NCBI GenBank assembly: GCA_016703535.1
Contig: JADJBV010000001.1
Span: forward strand, 385,014-449,013
Length of the DNA stretch: 64,000 nucleotides
Direction of reading: 5' to 3'
Origin: Deltaproteobacteria bacterium
GTDB taxonomy: Bacteria; Myxococcota; Kuafuiibacteriia; Kuafuiibacteriales; Kuafuiibacteriaceae
Every line of letters starts with the position of its first letter. The first letter of the stretch is position 1. Position numbers and translations under genes: made by a program. Under the pieces are notes generated by a model. It was not told the DNA's origin, searched no databases, and worked only from the letters and a program-made list of their open reading frames with translations. This document shows positions 1 through 9,942 of this stretch, piece by piece.

Positions 1-1
1 T

Positions 2-3000
2 CTGGCCCAGCTGTTTCGGGAGTTGATCGAGAAGTGGGACGCGGTCGCCACCAGCCCGATCTTCCGGGATGATCTTTTGCGCAGCCGCTTGGGTGAGCTG
101 GAGGCCTTGCTCGACGAGATCCAGGCCGCCCACGACAACCGAGCTCAAGAGGGCAACGAGGTCGAACGTTTGCTGGGCGCCTTGCGCTCGGCGGGGCAGA
201 CCTTGGAGGGCCTCCGGCTGGCCGAACAATCGGTGGAGCTTCGCCGAGATCTGGATCGTACCGCCAAAGACGCGGCGGCCTTGTTCGACTCGATGAAGAA
301 GGAGGTCCTGGAGATCCGTCGCCTCGAGGAGGCCGAGGACTCCTATCGGCAGCTGGTGAACGCCCGGGGGCGGCTCCAGGGCGTGAGGGAGAACGACCTC
401 TTCATCAAGCTCCGCTTCGACGGCGAGGTGGCCCGGCCCGAGGTGCGCAGCGAGGGCGAGCTCGCGGCCAAAGCTTCAGCCGAAGCCGAGGTTTTGGTGG
501 CGGCGGAGGTCCAGGCTGAACACCTGCGCCTGGCGGCCGAGGTTCAAAGGGCCATGGACGCCAGCGCCCCGGTGAATCCGGCCGCCATGTACCAAGGCTT
601 CGATCCGGTCGCCGCGGGCCTCGTGCCGGGCCCGATGGGCGCCGAACGACCCGTCCTCGATCCGGTGGCTCAGAGCCAAGCGCAGCTTGAGGGGCAACTC
701 TCGACCTTCGGCAAGAAGCGGCAGGCCCTCCACGAGCGAAAGATCCTGGCGCGGCTCAAGCAAGAGGAGGAGCAGCGGGCCACCCGCACCTACCAGGACC
801 GAGTCCGGAACCGGGCCAACGAGATCGCGGCCCGGGTGAACAAGACCGTGGCCGATCTGGCGGGAGAGCTGGAGATCCTGGATCGCAGCCTCCGGCTGGC
901 CGAGCGGGCGCCGAAGCTCCACGCCGAGCTGCTCGAGGTGCGGGCCGAGGTGGCCGCGGCCGTCAAGGAGGCCCGGCATTGGGCCACCAAGCTGGTGGAT
1001 TTCGCCACCGCGGCGGGGCGCACACTCCTCGATGGCGCAATCTTTACGCTGGACGTTTTTTCCTTCGGGCTCTTCGGTCTGTCGAAGAAGCGGAGGGCCG
1101 CCGAAGCGGAGCAGGCCCCCACCTTGGACCTGGTGCCCACTCAGCAGCGGGCCGCCAAGCTCTTGGATCGGGTCCACGACTGGCTGACGGCCGAGATCGA
1201 GGCCCTGCCCGACTTCAAGCGGATGCCGGTGCACCGAGAGGCCACGGTCAACCTAGAGGCCGAGCTCTTGGCCGCGACCAAACTCGGCGAGTTGGCCTCT
1301 CGTTACGCCAAACTCACCGAATACTTCCAGAAGGAGGACAACCAGGTCTTCCGCCGTTATTTGTCCCAGCTCCTGGACCGGCTGGGCGGTGCCCGGGATA
1401 CGCAAGAGATCTTGCAGCGGGTGCAGGCCTTCACCGACAGCGCTGACCTGCTCTCCAACGAGATCGCGGGCCGGGGTGTGGCGTTGGAGTTGGCTCCGGT
1501 GGTGGAGTCGGTGATGAAGGCCGCCGAAACCTTGCGGGCCCAGAGCCTGAAGGATCAGACCTACCGTTTGCCCGTTCGTCAGCTCCGTCAGGCCATCCAG
1601 AACATCGACGCCTTGGGGCCCCCGGAGGATCAACCCCCGGTGTTGCGGGCGGTGCGCCAAGAGATGGAGAAGTTGGTCGGCCTGCTCACCGCGGGCGCCG
1701 ACGGTCCGCTGCGGGATCGGACCGAAGAGGCGGCCCTCGCTTTCACCCAGCTGCTCTCCCGCCGGGGTCGGACCAGCGCCGAACTCGAGGACGACGATGG
1801 CCAGGTCCAGGAAGACGAACGGACCTTGGAGGTGCGGGACGCCGATCGAGATCGGGCCACCGCCCCCACCGCTCGGGCCGAACAGAGCTTGAGTGCGTTG
1901 CCCACCGGCGGTGCGCCGTTGCGAGCGGTGGATCAACGCCGCCGGGCCGACGAGCTGGTGGTGATCCACATCGAGAGCAACCCCGTCGAGGTCAACGGGC
2001 CACCACCTGCCGTCGCCGAAGGAGAGGCGCCGCCCCCTCCCAACGAGGCGCTGTTGGCGCTGCGGGCCCGGGCGGCGGCCGCGGCTGGCAAGTTGGACAC
2101 CCAGGTCAAAAAGGCGATCGGCGGTCTGCCGGCTCAAAAGAAGGTCCTGCTGGAGGTCTTGGGGCAACTCGAGGCCCAAACCCGGGTCGCGGCTTTGGAT
2201 CAATGGCGCGAACAATTGGCCGGATTGGCGGGCCACTTGGAGGCGGTAGCGGTGGGGGGCGCCGACCCACGCCAGGCCCAAATTGAGGTGGCCCGGGCGG
2301 TTTCGGGGCTCCGGGCCGCGGTGCGAGGGCTCCAAGGCCTCGAGTGTTTGGCGCCGGCGGCCTTGGCCCAGCTCGAGGTCGTGTTGTCCAGGACCGGCGC
2401 CTTGGCCCAGGCCTTTGGCAGCGAGCTGTTCCGGGCCAAAGCCGAGGCCTGGGGCGCCGACGCACTTTTGGCGTTGCGGGAGACCGAAGCTCAACTCCTC
2501 GAACGGCGCGGTGCCCTGGAGGCCGAGGTGGTCAAGCCCAAGGCCGCCGGTGAACTCCTGGAGCGGCTCTCGACCCTCGGCGCTTGGCTCGCCAAAGACG
2601 AGTCTCGGATCGGCGCCTACTCTCGGTTTCAGCTCCTGGCCCACCTGCACCAGCGCCTGAGCGGGGTGGTCGAGGTCTTGCCGAAGAAGGCACTACCCGA
2701 GGCCCATGCGCTCCTCGTTCAGGTGGAGGGGACCGCCGAGTTGATGCGCCAACGCTCCGGCGGGCTGGAGGGCGATCAGACCGCGGCCGACCTGCATGGC
2801 GCCTACCTCGACTTGGGGCGGGCCCTGGCGGTGACCAAGTCGGAGCAGGCCCCGGTCGAGGCCTACGAAAACCTCGGCGCCTTGCTCTGGGGACTCCTAG
2901 GGGGTGGCAAGCGGGAACCGGCGCCCCTGCTCGATCGCTACCAGACCACCATCGAAGTGCTGCAGGCCTTGGAGGCCAAGGTGAAGGGGCCGGGCCGGGC

Positions 3001-5935
3001 CGCCGCCACCGAGATGATCCGGGCCGTGCACGAGCTGCGGAGCCAGGTGATGAACCAGGAACTCAGCGGCCACTTCGCCACCTGGAACCAGACCACCGGC
3101 GAGTCGATCGATCGACTCCGGGACCTCTCCGGCAACTTGGCGGAGACGGCGCGGCGCTTCGTCTCCTACGATCCTCTTTCGGAGCCGCTGACCGTCGGCG
3201 AACTGGCCGACGCCTTGACCGCGGTCTTGAAGGGCCTCGATCGGGGGCTGGTCGGTCCGGGGGCGGCCTTGCTCGCGGGGCAACTGGTCAACCTCGACGA
3301 AAAACTCCAGCTCCTGGCCGAGACGCCCAACGAGTTGGGGCGCCGGGCTCGCCTGTTGGCGGGCCGGGTCACCGAACTTTTGGCCGGCCTCAAGGTCCTC
3401 CAGGGTTCGGAGTTGATGCCCCGTTTTGCCGAGCTCACCCGCGCGGCCCACCAGACCTTCGAAGAGGCCCGCCAAAAGGGCGTCAGTCGGGAGACCTTGA
3501 GCTGGGCCGAAAAGTTGGTGGGGCGCTTGCCCGAGCTCCTCGAGGCCCCTCCGGCCCGGGTGTTGGAGGTCTTCGGGCAGGTGGAGGCCGATCTTTTCCC
3601 GGAGCTGGTGCGGAGACGAGAACGGGTCGAACAGCGGGCCCGGACGATCACCGCCGAGGCCGAAGCGGCGGCGGCGTTGCCCAAGGTCGAGAGCCAGGTC
3701 GCGGAGCTGCTCCGTCGTGAGCAACAAACCGCCACGGTGGGCGTCGGCGCCGGCAAGGTGCGGACGAACGCGAGCGCCTCCGCCGGTGGCGCTGCGGGGC
3801 TGGGCGCTTCGATCGGTGCGCCCATCGACTCGCCGGTCTTGAGCCTCCTCTCTCGCCGCCGGGCCCCCCTCGGCGTGGCCTCGGTCGAAGGAGGCACCAT
3901 CCTCGACTCTTTGGTCCTCGAAGGCCGGCCCCGGGGCCCCCACCTGGACGCGCCCGATCCCACCGACGCCCCGATCGAGCCGGGTCGAGGTCCGGGCACC
4001 GGCTCAACGGCCCGGGGCAAGGTCCTCGATCGGGACGCCCGCTTGGGCGCAGTCAAGCGCAACCCGCTGCCCTCTCGCCCCCTCGAGGAGCGCTCCAAAC
4101 CTCTCCAGGGCCTGGAGCTGAAGAAGAACTGGCTCCAGGATCACAAAAAGGCCCTGGATCAGGCGGTCAAAGAGGCGCAAGCCGCCTTGCGGGGCTCCGA
4201 CCAGGCCGATCTCGCCGAGCTCAACGACTACCAACGCCACAAGGAGGAGAACCGGGATCGGATCGCCAAGATGGCGGGGATCTTGCGCGCCCTCGGGAAC
4301 GTCGAGCTTTTGGTGTTGGTCGATCAATCGGGCTCGACCAGCGACGCCTTTGGCGAACACTCGATCTTGGACATGGAGCGGGCCGGCGCCTCCTTGTTGA
4401 TGGGGGCGGTCCAGCAGAGCGAAAGCAACTGCGCCATCTTCGGCTTCGGCGCTCGCAGCATCGGGCGCGACGGGATGGCACCGGTCGCCCAGTCGGGTCG
4501 CTTCTTCATCTTCCCCCACAAGAGCATGGCCGAGCCCTTGGACGACTCCACCGGCGACGCGGTCTTCGGGATGTTGAGCGAAAGTGATGGAGGCACCGAC
4601 ATCGACGTGGCCCTGGACGTGGTCGGGCGCCCCGAGATGTTTTCGGCGACGGCCAACCACAAGGCGGTGGTGTTGTTCACCGACGCGCAGGTCGGCAACC
4701 CCGAGGAGGTGCGGCAGAAGATCGCCGAGCTGCAGCACCGCGGCATCCCGGTGGTCCTGGTCTGTATGGGCGACGAAGGCCACGCTCGGGCCATCGATCC
4801 CGAAGGTGAATTCGCGATCAGCGTCCGCTCTTTGGACGAGATGTTGACCCGCTTGCCTTCCGTCTTCCAAAAGACACTGACCCAACACGCCAAAGCCCAG
4901 GCGGGTCACATCCTCGGCTCGGCCGCGGGCATCGGGGTCGCCGACGGTCACCACCCCCTCCAGGCGCCCGGCGCGGCCTCCTTGAACCTGGTCGACAACC
5001 TGCACCAGCCTTTGCCCGAACCCCAAGGCGACGGTGGCCTGGTGGTGCCGACAGGTGAACGCCGGGAGCAGCGCAACCTGGTCGATCGCCAGCGCTACGA
5101 ACAGGCGAAGAACGTCCTGCGCCTGGAGCGGGCCCAACGCCGAGGGACCCCCGAGCTGAAGCGGGCCAAGGTGGAGATCTTGGGCCTGGCCGCGCGGCAA
5201 AGCCGAGAAGGCATCAGCCAGACGCTGCGGCAGGCCTTCTTCCACGGCATGCCTCGGGCCCGGGGTTCGGAGATGGAGAAGCGCCAATTCTCCGGCCCGT
5301 ACTTCGATGAAGATCAGCTGCCGCTTTATTTGATCGGCCTGGCCCAAGGGGTGCCGGAGCTGCGGCTCTTCAAGCGGAGGAAGCCGGTCGGGAAGTCTCA
5401 ATCCCGCCTGGTGATCAACGCCGACATCTCGACCTCCACCAGCCGGCCCGAGGTGCGACGAGCGATGATCGAGAGCATCATTGCGGAGGTGGACGCGTAC
5501 AAAGACGCCAACCCCGGTGGCCAGGTGGCGATCATCTCCAGCTCCGACAAGGTCCGGCTCCACCAGGCCTTCGACATGGACTGGAACGACGAAGCCAAGG
5601 CTCACCTCCTGATGGAGCTCAACGAGTCCCACCCGGCCACCGACGACGAACGGGGTGACCTGGAGGCGATCGGCCTCCTCGACCTGATGGGGACCGACGT
5701 CGGCATGATCTTGACCCACACCGACGGTCAGGGAATGCCCGGGGCTGTCGACGTGACCCGTTCCGCGGCCCAACGGGGCTACGGGATGCTCAACGTCGGG
5801 GTCGGGGCCGATTGCCGCAGCGTGGTCCGCTTCGGCGAACACGGCCTCTACGCCCGAAACGTCAGCCAAATGGCCCATCGCTTTTGGGATTCGCTCCTCA
5901 AGGTATGGGAGTCGGCGGGGAGGGTGGTCCAGTAG
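2..5935 (+). CDS. Giant protein of at least 1978 aa, incomplete at its 5' end. It has a long Ala/Leu/Glu-rich alpha-helical coiled-coil N-terminal region and two vWA domains near the C-terminus.
   Basis: The reading frame is open from base 2 with no upstream stop, so the true start lies outside the window. vWA domain 1 has the MIDAS motif DQSGSTSD at about 4320 and ends VVLFTDAQ...VVLVCMGDEGH. vWA domain 2 has DISTSTS at about 5420 and ends THTDGQG. The stop codon TAG is at 5933-5935. Confidence 0.8.
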   Translation: MAQLFRELIEKWDAVATSPIFRDDLLRSRLGELEALLDEIQAAHDNRAQEGNEVERLLGALRSAGQTLEGLRLAEQSVELRRDLDRTAKDAAALFDSMKKEVLEIRRLEEAEDSYRQLVNARGRLQGVRENDLFIKLRFDGEVARPEVRSEGELAAKASAEAEVLVAAEVQAEHLRLAAEVQRAMDASAPVNPAAMYQGFDPVAAGLVPGPMGAERPVLDPVAQSQAQLEGQLSTFGKKRQALHERKILARLKQEEEQRATRTYQDRVRNRANEIAARVNKTVADLAGELEILDRSLRLAERAPKLHAELLEVRAEVAAAVKEARHWATKLVDFATAAGRTLLDGAIFTLDVFSFGLFGLSKKRRAAEAEQAPTLDLVPTQQRAAKLLDRVHDWLTAEIEALPDFKRMPVHREATVNLEAELLAATKLGELASRYAKLTEYFQKEDNQVFRRYLSQLLDRLGGARDTQEILQRVQAFTDSADLLSNEIAGRGVALELAPVVESVMKAAETLRAQSLKDQTYRLPVRQLRQAIQNIDALGPPEDQPPVLRAVRQEMEKLVGLLTAGADGPLRDRTEEAALAFTQLLSRRGRTSAELEDDDGQVQEDERTLEVRDADRDRATAPTARAEQSLSALPTGGAPLRAVDQRRRADELVVIHIESNPVEVNGPPPAVAEGEAPPPPNEALLALRARAAAAAGKLDTQVKKAIGGLPAQKKVLLEVLGQLEAQTRVAALDQWREQLAGLAGHLEAVAVGGADPRQAQIEVARAVSGLRAAVRGLQGLECLAPAALAQLEVVLSRTGALAQAFGSELFRAKAEAWGADALLALRETEAQLLERRGALEAEVVKPKAAGELLERLSTLGAWLAKDESRIGAYSRFQLLAHLHQRLSGVVEVLPKKALPEAHALLVQVEGTAELMRQRSGGLEGDQTAADLHGAYLDLGRALAVTKSEQAPVEAYENLGALLWGLLGGGKREPAPLLDRYQTTIEVLQALEAKVKGPGRAAATEMIRAVHELRSQVMNQELSGHFATWNQTTGESIDRLRDLSGNLAETARRFVSYDPLSEPLTVGELADALTAVLKGLDRGLVGPGAALLAGQLVNLDEKLQLLAETPNELGRRARLLAGRVTELLAGLKVLQGSELMPRFAELTRAAHQTFEEARQKGVSRETLSWAEKLVGRLPELLEAPPARVLEVFGQVEADLFPELVRRRERVEQRARTITAEAEAAAALPKVESQVAELLRREQQTATVGVGAGKVRTNASASAGGAAGLGASIGAPIDSPVLSLLSRRRAPLGVASVEGGTILDSLVLEGRPRGPHLDAPDPTDAPIEPGRGPGTGSTARGKVLDRDARLGAVKRNPLPSRPLEERSKPLQGLELKKNWLQDHKKALDQAVKEAQAALRGSDQADLAELNDYQRHKEENRDRIAKMAGILRALGNVELLVLVDQSGSTSDAFGEHSILDMERAGASLLMGAVQQSESNCAIFGFGARSIGRDGMAPVAQSGRFFIFPHKSMAEPLDDSTGDAVFGMLSESDGGTDIDVALDVVGRPEMFSATANHKAVVLFTDAQVGNPEEVRQKIAELQHRGIPVVLVCMGDEGHARAIDPEGEFAISVRSLDEMLTRLPSVFQKTLTQHAKAQAGHILGSAAGIGVADGHHPLQAPGAASLNLVDNLHQPLPEPQGDGGLVVPTGERREQRNLVDRQRYEQAKNVLRLERAQRRGTPELKRAKVEILGLAARQSREGISQTLRQAFFHGMPRARGSEMEKRQFSGPYFDEDQLPLYLIGLAQGVPELRLFKRRKPVGKSQSRLVINADISTSTSRPEVRRAMIESIIAEVDAYKDANPGGQVAIISSSDKVRLHQAFDMDWNDEAKAHLLMELNESHPATDDERGDLEAIGLLDLMGTDVGMILTHTDGQGMPGAVDVTRSAAQRGYGMLNVGVGADCRSVVRFGEHGLYARNVSQMAHRFWDSLLKVWESAGRVVQ

Positions 5936-5937
5936 CC

Positions 5938-6384
5938 ATGGCCCGCCGCATCTTCAATGGCCTGGAGGTCGAGATCCCCGAGGGATGGAGGGATTACTCC
6001 AGCATCGTGTTGGCGCCGCAAGAAGACGCGACAACTGGGCAACTCCCGACGATCAACTTGGTAGTGAAACGTAGGCCTGCGAGCGGTCGGGAAGGGGGAA
6101 CCCTGGTTTCCACCTACCTCGACTACTTGGCCCGGAGCTTCGGGCCCCTCCAGTCTTTGGAGACCAAAGAGGTGGACCACGGTCCGGCCCGGGCCACGGC
6201 CGTGCGCTTTCGAGCCGAACACGAAGGCCGCGCCTTCCAGCAGACGACCTTGTTGTACCGCTTTGGCGAAGACGAGATCGCCGCCACCGTCACCCAAAGC
6301 GACGGCGACCCGACCTCGACCAAGGAAGTGGAGAAGTTGCTCCACTCGGTGCGCCCCGTCGCGGGCCCGAGGCGGCGGTCATGA
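5938..6384 (+). CDS. Small 148-aa protein with DUF1795/DcrB-like fold features, of the EagR-type adaptor class.
   Basis: The ATG lies 2 nt after the stop of the giant gene. The protein carries an N-terminal FNGLEVEIPEGWRDYS motif and a C-terminal FQQTTLLYRFGEDEIAATVT motif, both reminiscent of the DUF1795 consensus. The assignment is by eye only. Confidence 0.45.
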   Translation: MARRIFNGLEVEIPEGWRDYSSIVLAPQEDATTGQLPTINLVVKRRPASGREGGTLVSTYLDYLARSFGPLQSLETKEVDHGPARATAVRFRAEHEGRAFQQTTLLYRFGEDEIAATVTQSDGDPTSTKEVEKLLHSVRPVAGPRRRS

Positions 6385-8009
6385 TCCACTCCTTCCTCCA
6401 GAGCGGCAGCGCCCGCTTCGAGCAGCTGGCGGGCCCCGAGTTGGCGATCGCGGTCCGGGAGATCGACAGCAAGTTCCAGCCGGACTGGAAGAAGAACGAC
6501 GTCGCCGAACGCACCCGAGCCACGGTCGTCGAGCCCTTCCAGCGGGCGATGGCGGCCCACGGCCAACCCCGTTTGTTGCGCTCTTTTTCGATCGGCGAAA
6601 AGAAGGAAGACCTCGAGCTGGTGGGCCCGGGCCACAACAAGGCCGAAGAACAGCTCCACTTCCTGGAGTTGGGTGAACAGGTTTTTGTGGTCGCCTCCTA
6701 TCAACGGGATCACGACCGGACCGAACTGCGCCTTTATCCGCCCCTGCCGCGCCGAGGTGTGCCGACCCTCGAGGCCCTCAAGGAGCGTGGCTTTCAAGGC
6801 CTGTACGGCCAAGATCGGGGCGACGTCGAGGTCGTGCGTTTGTTCCGGGAGCGGGGCCCACGCACCGACGTCCAGTTCGGCAAAGGCAAACGCTACGAAG
6901 ATCAAAACTTCGCCTGGGCCCTTTACGAGTCGTTGACCTCGGCCTTGCGCCGGGGGGATCGCTCGGCGGCCTCATTGGGCCCGGAGTTGATCAAGGCCCA
7001 GCGGATCCACGAGTTCGTGGACGCCCGCCTGCGAGAGGGCCGGCCGGTGAACTTTTCGCTGCTATTGCCCTACTTGGCCCACGCCAAAGGCCAACTTTTG
7101 CCTGACGGTCCGCCGGGCGGACAGGTGTTGCTCCACGCCCTGGAGTGGAACGGCAAAACCGTGGCCGTCACCCAAGAGCTCGGCCCCAAGCCGCGGATCC
7201 GGGCGTTCTTGCGCGATCAGATCGGTGAACAGCCGACGTGGCTGGAGCTCCGGTTCCCAGCCCAGGCCGAGGTCCCGGCCCGAGGTGTTTCGGCTTTGAT
7301 CCAAGGAGATCGGCTGCGGCTCTTCGGCGGCGTCGACCGCGCGAACAACGGCTTGGCCACCGAGTGGACTTTTGCGCTGGAGCAAGGCGCGCGCAACGCC
7401 TACCTGGACAGCACCTTTCAACCGGGCCCCGGGCTGGACGGGCCCCGAGCTTTTGCGACGGCGATCGCCCCCGACCGGGTGGCCTTGTTGGGCGGCGTGG
7501 CCGGCTTCTACGCGGGTCGCGGGAAGGCCGAAGCCGAGGCCCCGGCCTGGCAACGTCGATGGTCGGAGCAGGCCAAGGGCCAAGCCGGCTGGCGCGACGC
7601 GGGCGCACTCCCCGATCGGATGAGCGGCGGTGGGTCGACCTTCGCCACCGCCGATGGCGCCTTTGTCGGGCCGGGCGCGGGCCTGGACGGTCGCCTCTGT
7701 TATCTGGACTTCAAGAATCGAGTGGCGATCGAGTTGCCCGAGTTGCCGGGCCGCCTGGGCCTGGGACAACTCCACTTGGACGACTCGGTGCTCTACTACT
7801 CGGGCGGCTACGGTCTTCGGGGTGACGGCGCGAGCGCCGAGAAGATCGTCTATGGCTTGGATCTCAACCAGCTCGATGGCTGGAAGAAGATCGGCGACTG
7901 CCAACTTTTGGCCGGCTCCAACCGGCTGGTCCACCGGGGCGGCCGCCCGATGATCCTGGGGCTCTCTCCTCAGGGGCGCTTCACCTTCGTTCCCGGAGGT
8001 GCGCCGTGA
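6381..8009 (+). CDS. Hypothetical 542-aa protein whose C-terminal half has Gly-rich blades that may form a beta-propeller.
   Basis: Its start overlaps the upstream stop as ATGA. Codon usage is consistent with the neighbouring genes. No catalytic motif was recognised. Confidence 0.6.
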   Translation: MIHSFLQSGSARFEQLAGPELAIAVREIDSKFQPDWKKNDVAERTRATVVEPFQRAMAAHGQPRLLRSFSIGEKKEDLELVGPGHNKAEEQLHFLELGEQVFVVASYQRDHDRTELRLYPPLPRRGVPTLEALKERGFQGLYGQDRGDVEVVRLFRERGPRTDVQFGKGKRYEDQNFAWALYESLTSALRRGDRSAASLGPELIKAQRIHEFVDARLREGRPVNFSLLLPYLAHAKGQLLPDGPPGGQVLLHALEWNGKTVAVTQELGPKPRIRAFLRDQIGEQPTWLELRFPAQAEVPARGVSALIQGDRLRLFGGVDRANNGLATEWTFALEQGARNAYLDSTFQPGPGLDGPRAFATAIAPDRVALLGGVAGFYAGRGKAEAEAPAWQRRWSEQAKGQAGWRDAGALPDRMSGGGSTFATADGAFVGPGAGLDGRLCYLDFKNRVAIELPELPGRLGLGQLHLDDSVLYYSGGYGLRGDGASAEKIVYGLDLNQLDGWKKIGDCQLLAGSNRLVHRGGRPMILGLSPQGRFTFVPGGAP

Positions 8010-8449
8010 GTTTGCTCCACCCCGAGCAGCTGCGGCACCGGGCCGAACGTTTGTTCGCCGACGTGGGCGCCCTCGGCACCGCGGCGGGCCTGGGCTTCGT
8101 GTCCGCCGAACGAGGTGTGGCCAACCAAGGCATCAAGGCCTTGGCCGACGGCCCCTGGGCCTTTTTGGATCTGCGCAACGTCGAAGGCGCCAAAGCCGAG
8201 GGGTTGTTGACCGACGTTTTGGCCGCGGGCCCGAGCCAACTGTTGATCGCCGCCCACCGGGAACCGGCGCCGGCCTTGGCGCGGGTCCTCAAGGCCTACG
8301 TCGATCGGGCCCCGGAGCTCTTGTTGGGCGGCCGAAAGCTGGCGCGGCCCGAGGGCGCCGCGGTGCTGTTGGTCCTCGACGGGGCCACCAACCTGGTGGG
8401 CCTGCCCGAACCCTACCCGAGCCTGCCTTATTGGGACTTTTTGCCATGA
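8006..8449 (+). CDS. Hypothetical 147-aa protein.
   Basis: It starts at a GTG that overlaps the upstream stop as GTGA, so it is translationally coupled. Confidence 0.5.
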   Translation: MSLLHPEQLRHRAERLFADVGALGTAAGLGFVSAERGVANQGIKALADGPWAFLDLRNVEGAKAEGLLTDVLAAGPSQLLIAAHREPAPALARVLKAYVDRAPELLLGGRKLARPEGAAVLLVLDGATNLVGLPEPYPSLPYWDFLP

Positions 8450-9567
8450 CCCGCATCGGCCCAAAAGAACTCCAGGCCCTGCAGGCGGCCTTGGCGAGCC
8501 GAGACGAAAGTGGGCTCCTCGATCCCGAGCAGGTGATCCAGGACTTCGTGCGCCTGGAGCCGGGGGCCCGGGTCTACTACTCGGAGGGCGACGGTCGGGT
8601 TTCGCTTTTGGTGCCGGTTCGGGACGAATACCTGGGCCTGGATCGGGTGCCCTTCGCGCCGTCCCGCAACTTGGCCAACGTCATCCACGAGGCCAAGGTC
8701 GAAAAGAAGGAGCTGGAGCTCCCGGGGATCGGCCGCTTTTATCAGGTCGTCTTTTCGCCACTCTTCGATCTCAAGGGCAAAGCTCAAGCCGCCGCCGAAG
8801 GTGGCCCGGTCGAGGTTGCCTTTCAAGGTACCGGCCCTGGCGGCGTGTGGAGCGCCTTTTCCCGGGAAGAGGCCTGGTTCAAAGATGATCTCGCGACCTT
8901 GATCAGCCTGTCGATGGAGGGTGGCTTTCGGGTGGGGCCCGAGCTGCGCGGCCCAGGCTGGAAGCGTACGCAAGGCCCGACCTTCTCCGAGCTCGAGAAG
9001 CGTACGGCGCGCCCGGTGGCCGGCCATCAAGAGCTGGCCCAAGGCGCGATCCATGGGGCCGAGCTGGTCACCGCTCGGCCGATCCCGGTGGCGCCGGCGC
9101 TTCCCGAAGCCCGCACCGACTTCGAGCCGGAGGAGCTCAAGGCCTGGCCCGGCGAGTGGAGCCTGCCCGCCCTCGAGGCCCACTTCCCGAAGTTGCGGAC
9201 CGAAGGGCACGCGGTGGTGCTGGAGGGGGAGCGGGGCCAGGAGGTTCGGCTGGAACGAGAGGTGGTCGCGGGGATCTCCAGCTGGAGTTTGGGCCAAAAA
9301 GAGCTGCGACCGCTCCTCGACGCGGACCCCCGGACCTTGGAGCGCCTGGTGCAGGTGCTCGAGCCCTTCGCCGCCGAAAGCGCGGCCCACCCTTTGTTGG
9401 CGTTGTGGCGCGCCGAGCGGGATCAGAACGACGGTGGGGTCGTCGCCGACGTTTTGGGCGCAGCCCGTGAGCTGATGGTGCAAAAGAACGCGCGCCGAGA
9501 GGCCCAACAGGCGCTCCACAAAGCGGCCTTCAAGAAGAGCTTCAAGCCGACGGGAGGTGCCGAGTGA
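8446..9567 (+). CDS. Hypothetical 373-aa protein.
   Basis: Its ATG overlaps the upstream stop as ATGA. The 7999..9567 ORF in the track is a 5' over-extension of this gene. Confidence 0.6.
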   Translation: MTRIGPKELQALQAALASRDESGLLDPEQVIQDFVRLEPGARVYYSEGDGRVSLLVPVRDEYLGLDRVPFAPSRNLANVIHEAKVEKKELELPGIGRFYQVVFSPLFDLKGKAQAAAEGGPVEVAFQGTGPGGVWSAFSREEAWFKDDLATLISLSMEGGFRVGPELRGPGWKRTQGPTFSELEKRTARPVAGHQELAQGAIHGAELVTARPIPVAPALPEARTDFEPEELKAWPGEWSLPALEAHFPKLRTEGHAVVLEGERGQEVRLEREVVAGISSWSLGQKELRPLLDADPRTLERLVQVLEPFAAESAAHPLLALWRAERDQNDGGVVADVLGAARELMVQKNARREAQQALHKAAFKKSFKPTGGAE

Positions 9568-9932
9568 ACGACAAGCTGGTCACCGTCGAGGACTTCTTTT
9601 TGTTGCTCGGGAGCTTGCTCGAGTCGCGGCGCGCGGCCTTCCGTCGCCGCCTGACCTTGGCCTTTGCGGTGGTCGACGGTGGGCCGTGGTTCGTCGACAC
9701 CGGCGCCCCGCGGATCATCGTCCAGGAGTGGCGCCGAGACGCCCAGGTGTCGGTGTTGTGCAACCGTCGGACCCTGTCCGATCTCGTCGGCGGCCACTTC
9801 GATCCCAACGCCCCCGCCGCCGAGCACCTGTTCGTCTGGGGCGGCGACAAAGAGACCTTCTCCACCCTGGCCCAGGTGCTGGGTGGAGCCATGACCGCCT
9901 TCGGCGCCCACCTGTCGGCGCTGAAGAGATGA
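9564..9932 (+). CDS. SCP2 sterol-carrier-like domain protein of 122 aa.
   Basis: It starts at a GTG overlapping the upstream stop. The motif LSDLVGGHFDPNAPAAEHLFVWGGDKETFSTLAQV resembles the SCP2 consensus G..dp..a...G.lkv.Gd......l. Confidence 0.6.
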   Translation: MNDKLVTVEDFFLLLGSLLESRRAAFRRRLTLAFAVVDGGPWFVDTGAPRIIVQEWRRDAQVSVLCNRRTLSDLVGGHFDPNAPAAEHLFVWGGDKETFSTLAQVLGGAMTAFGAHLSALKR

Positions 9933-9942
9933 GGAGCAGCAA

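Noticed and set aside
4004-5878. The 624-aa minus-strand ORF inside the giant vWA gene. The same judgement applies to the plus-strand ORF 2584-3720, the minus-strand ORFs 2897-3943 and 1253-2650, the plus-strand ORF 25769-27574, and the plus-strand ORFs 28574-29587, 30866-33136, 38879-41017 and 59896-61281.
   Set aside because: All of these overlap much longer ORFs that have recognisable domains. Their translations are dominated by Arg/Gly/Pro/Ala, which is characteristic of out-of-frame GC-rich sequence.
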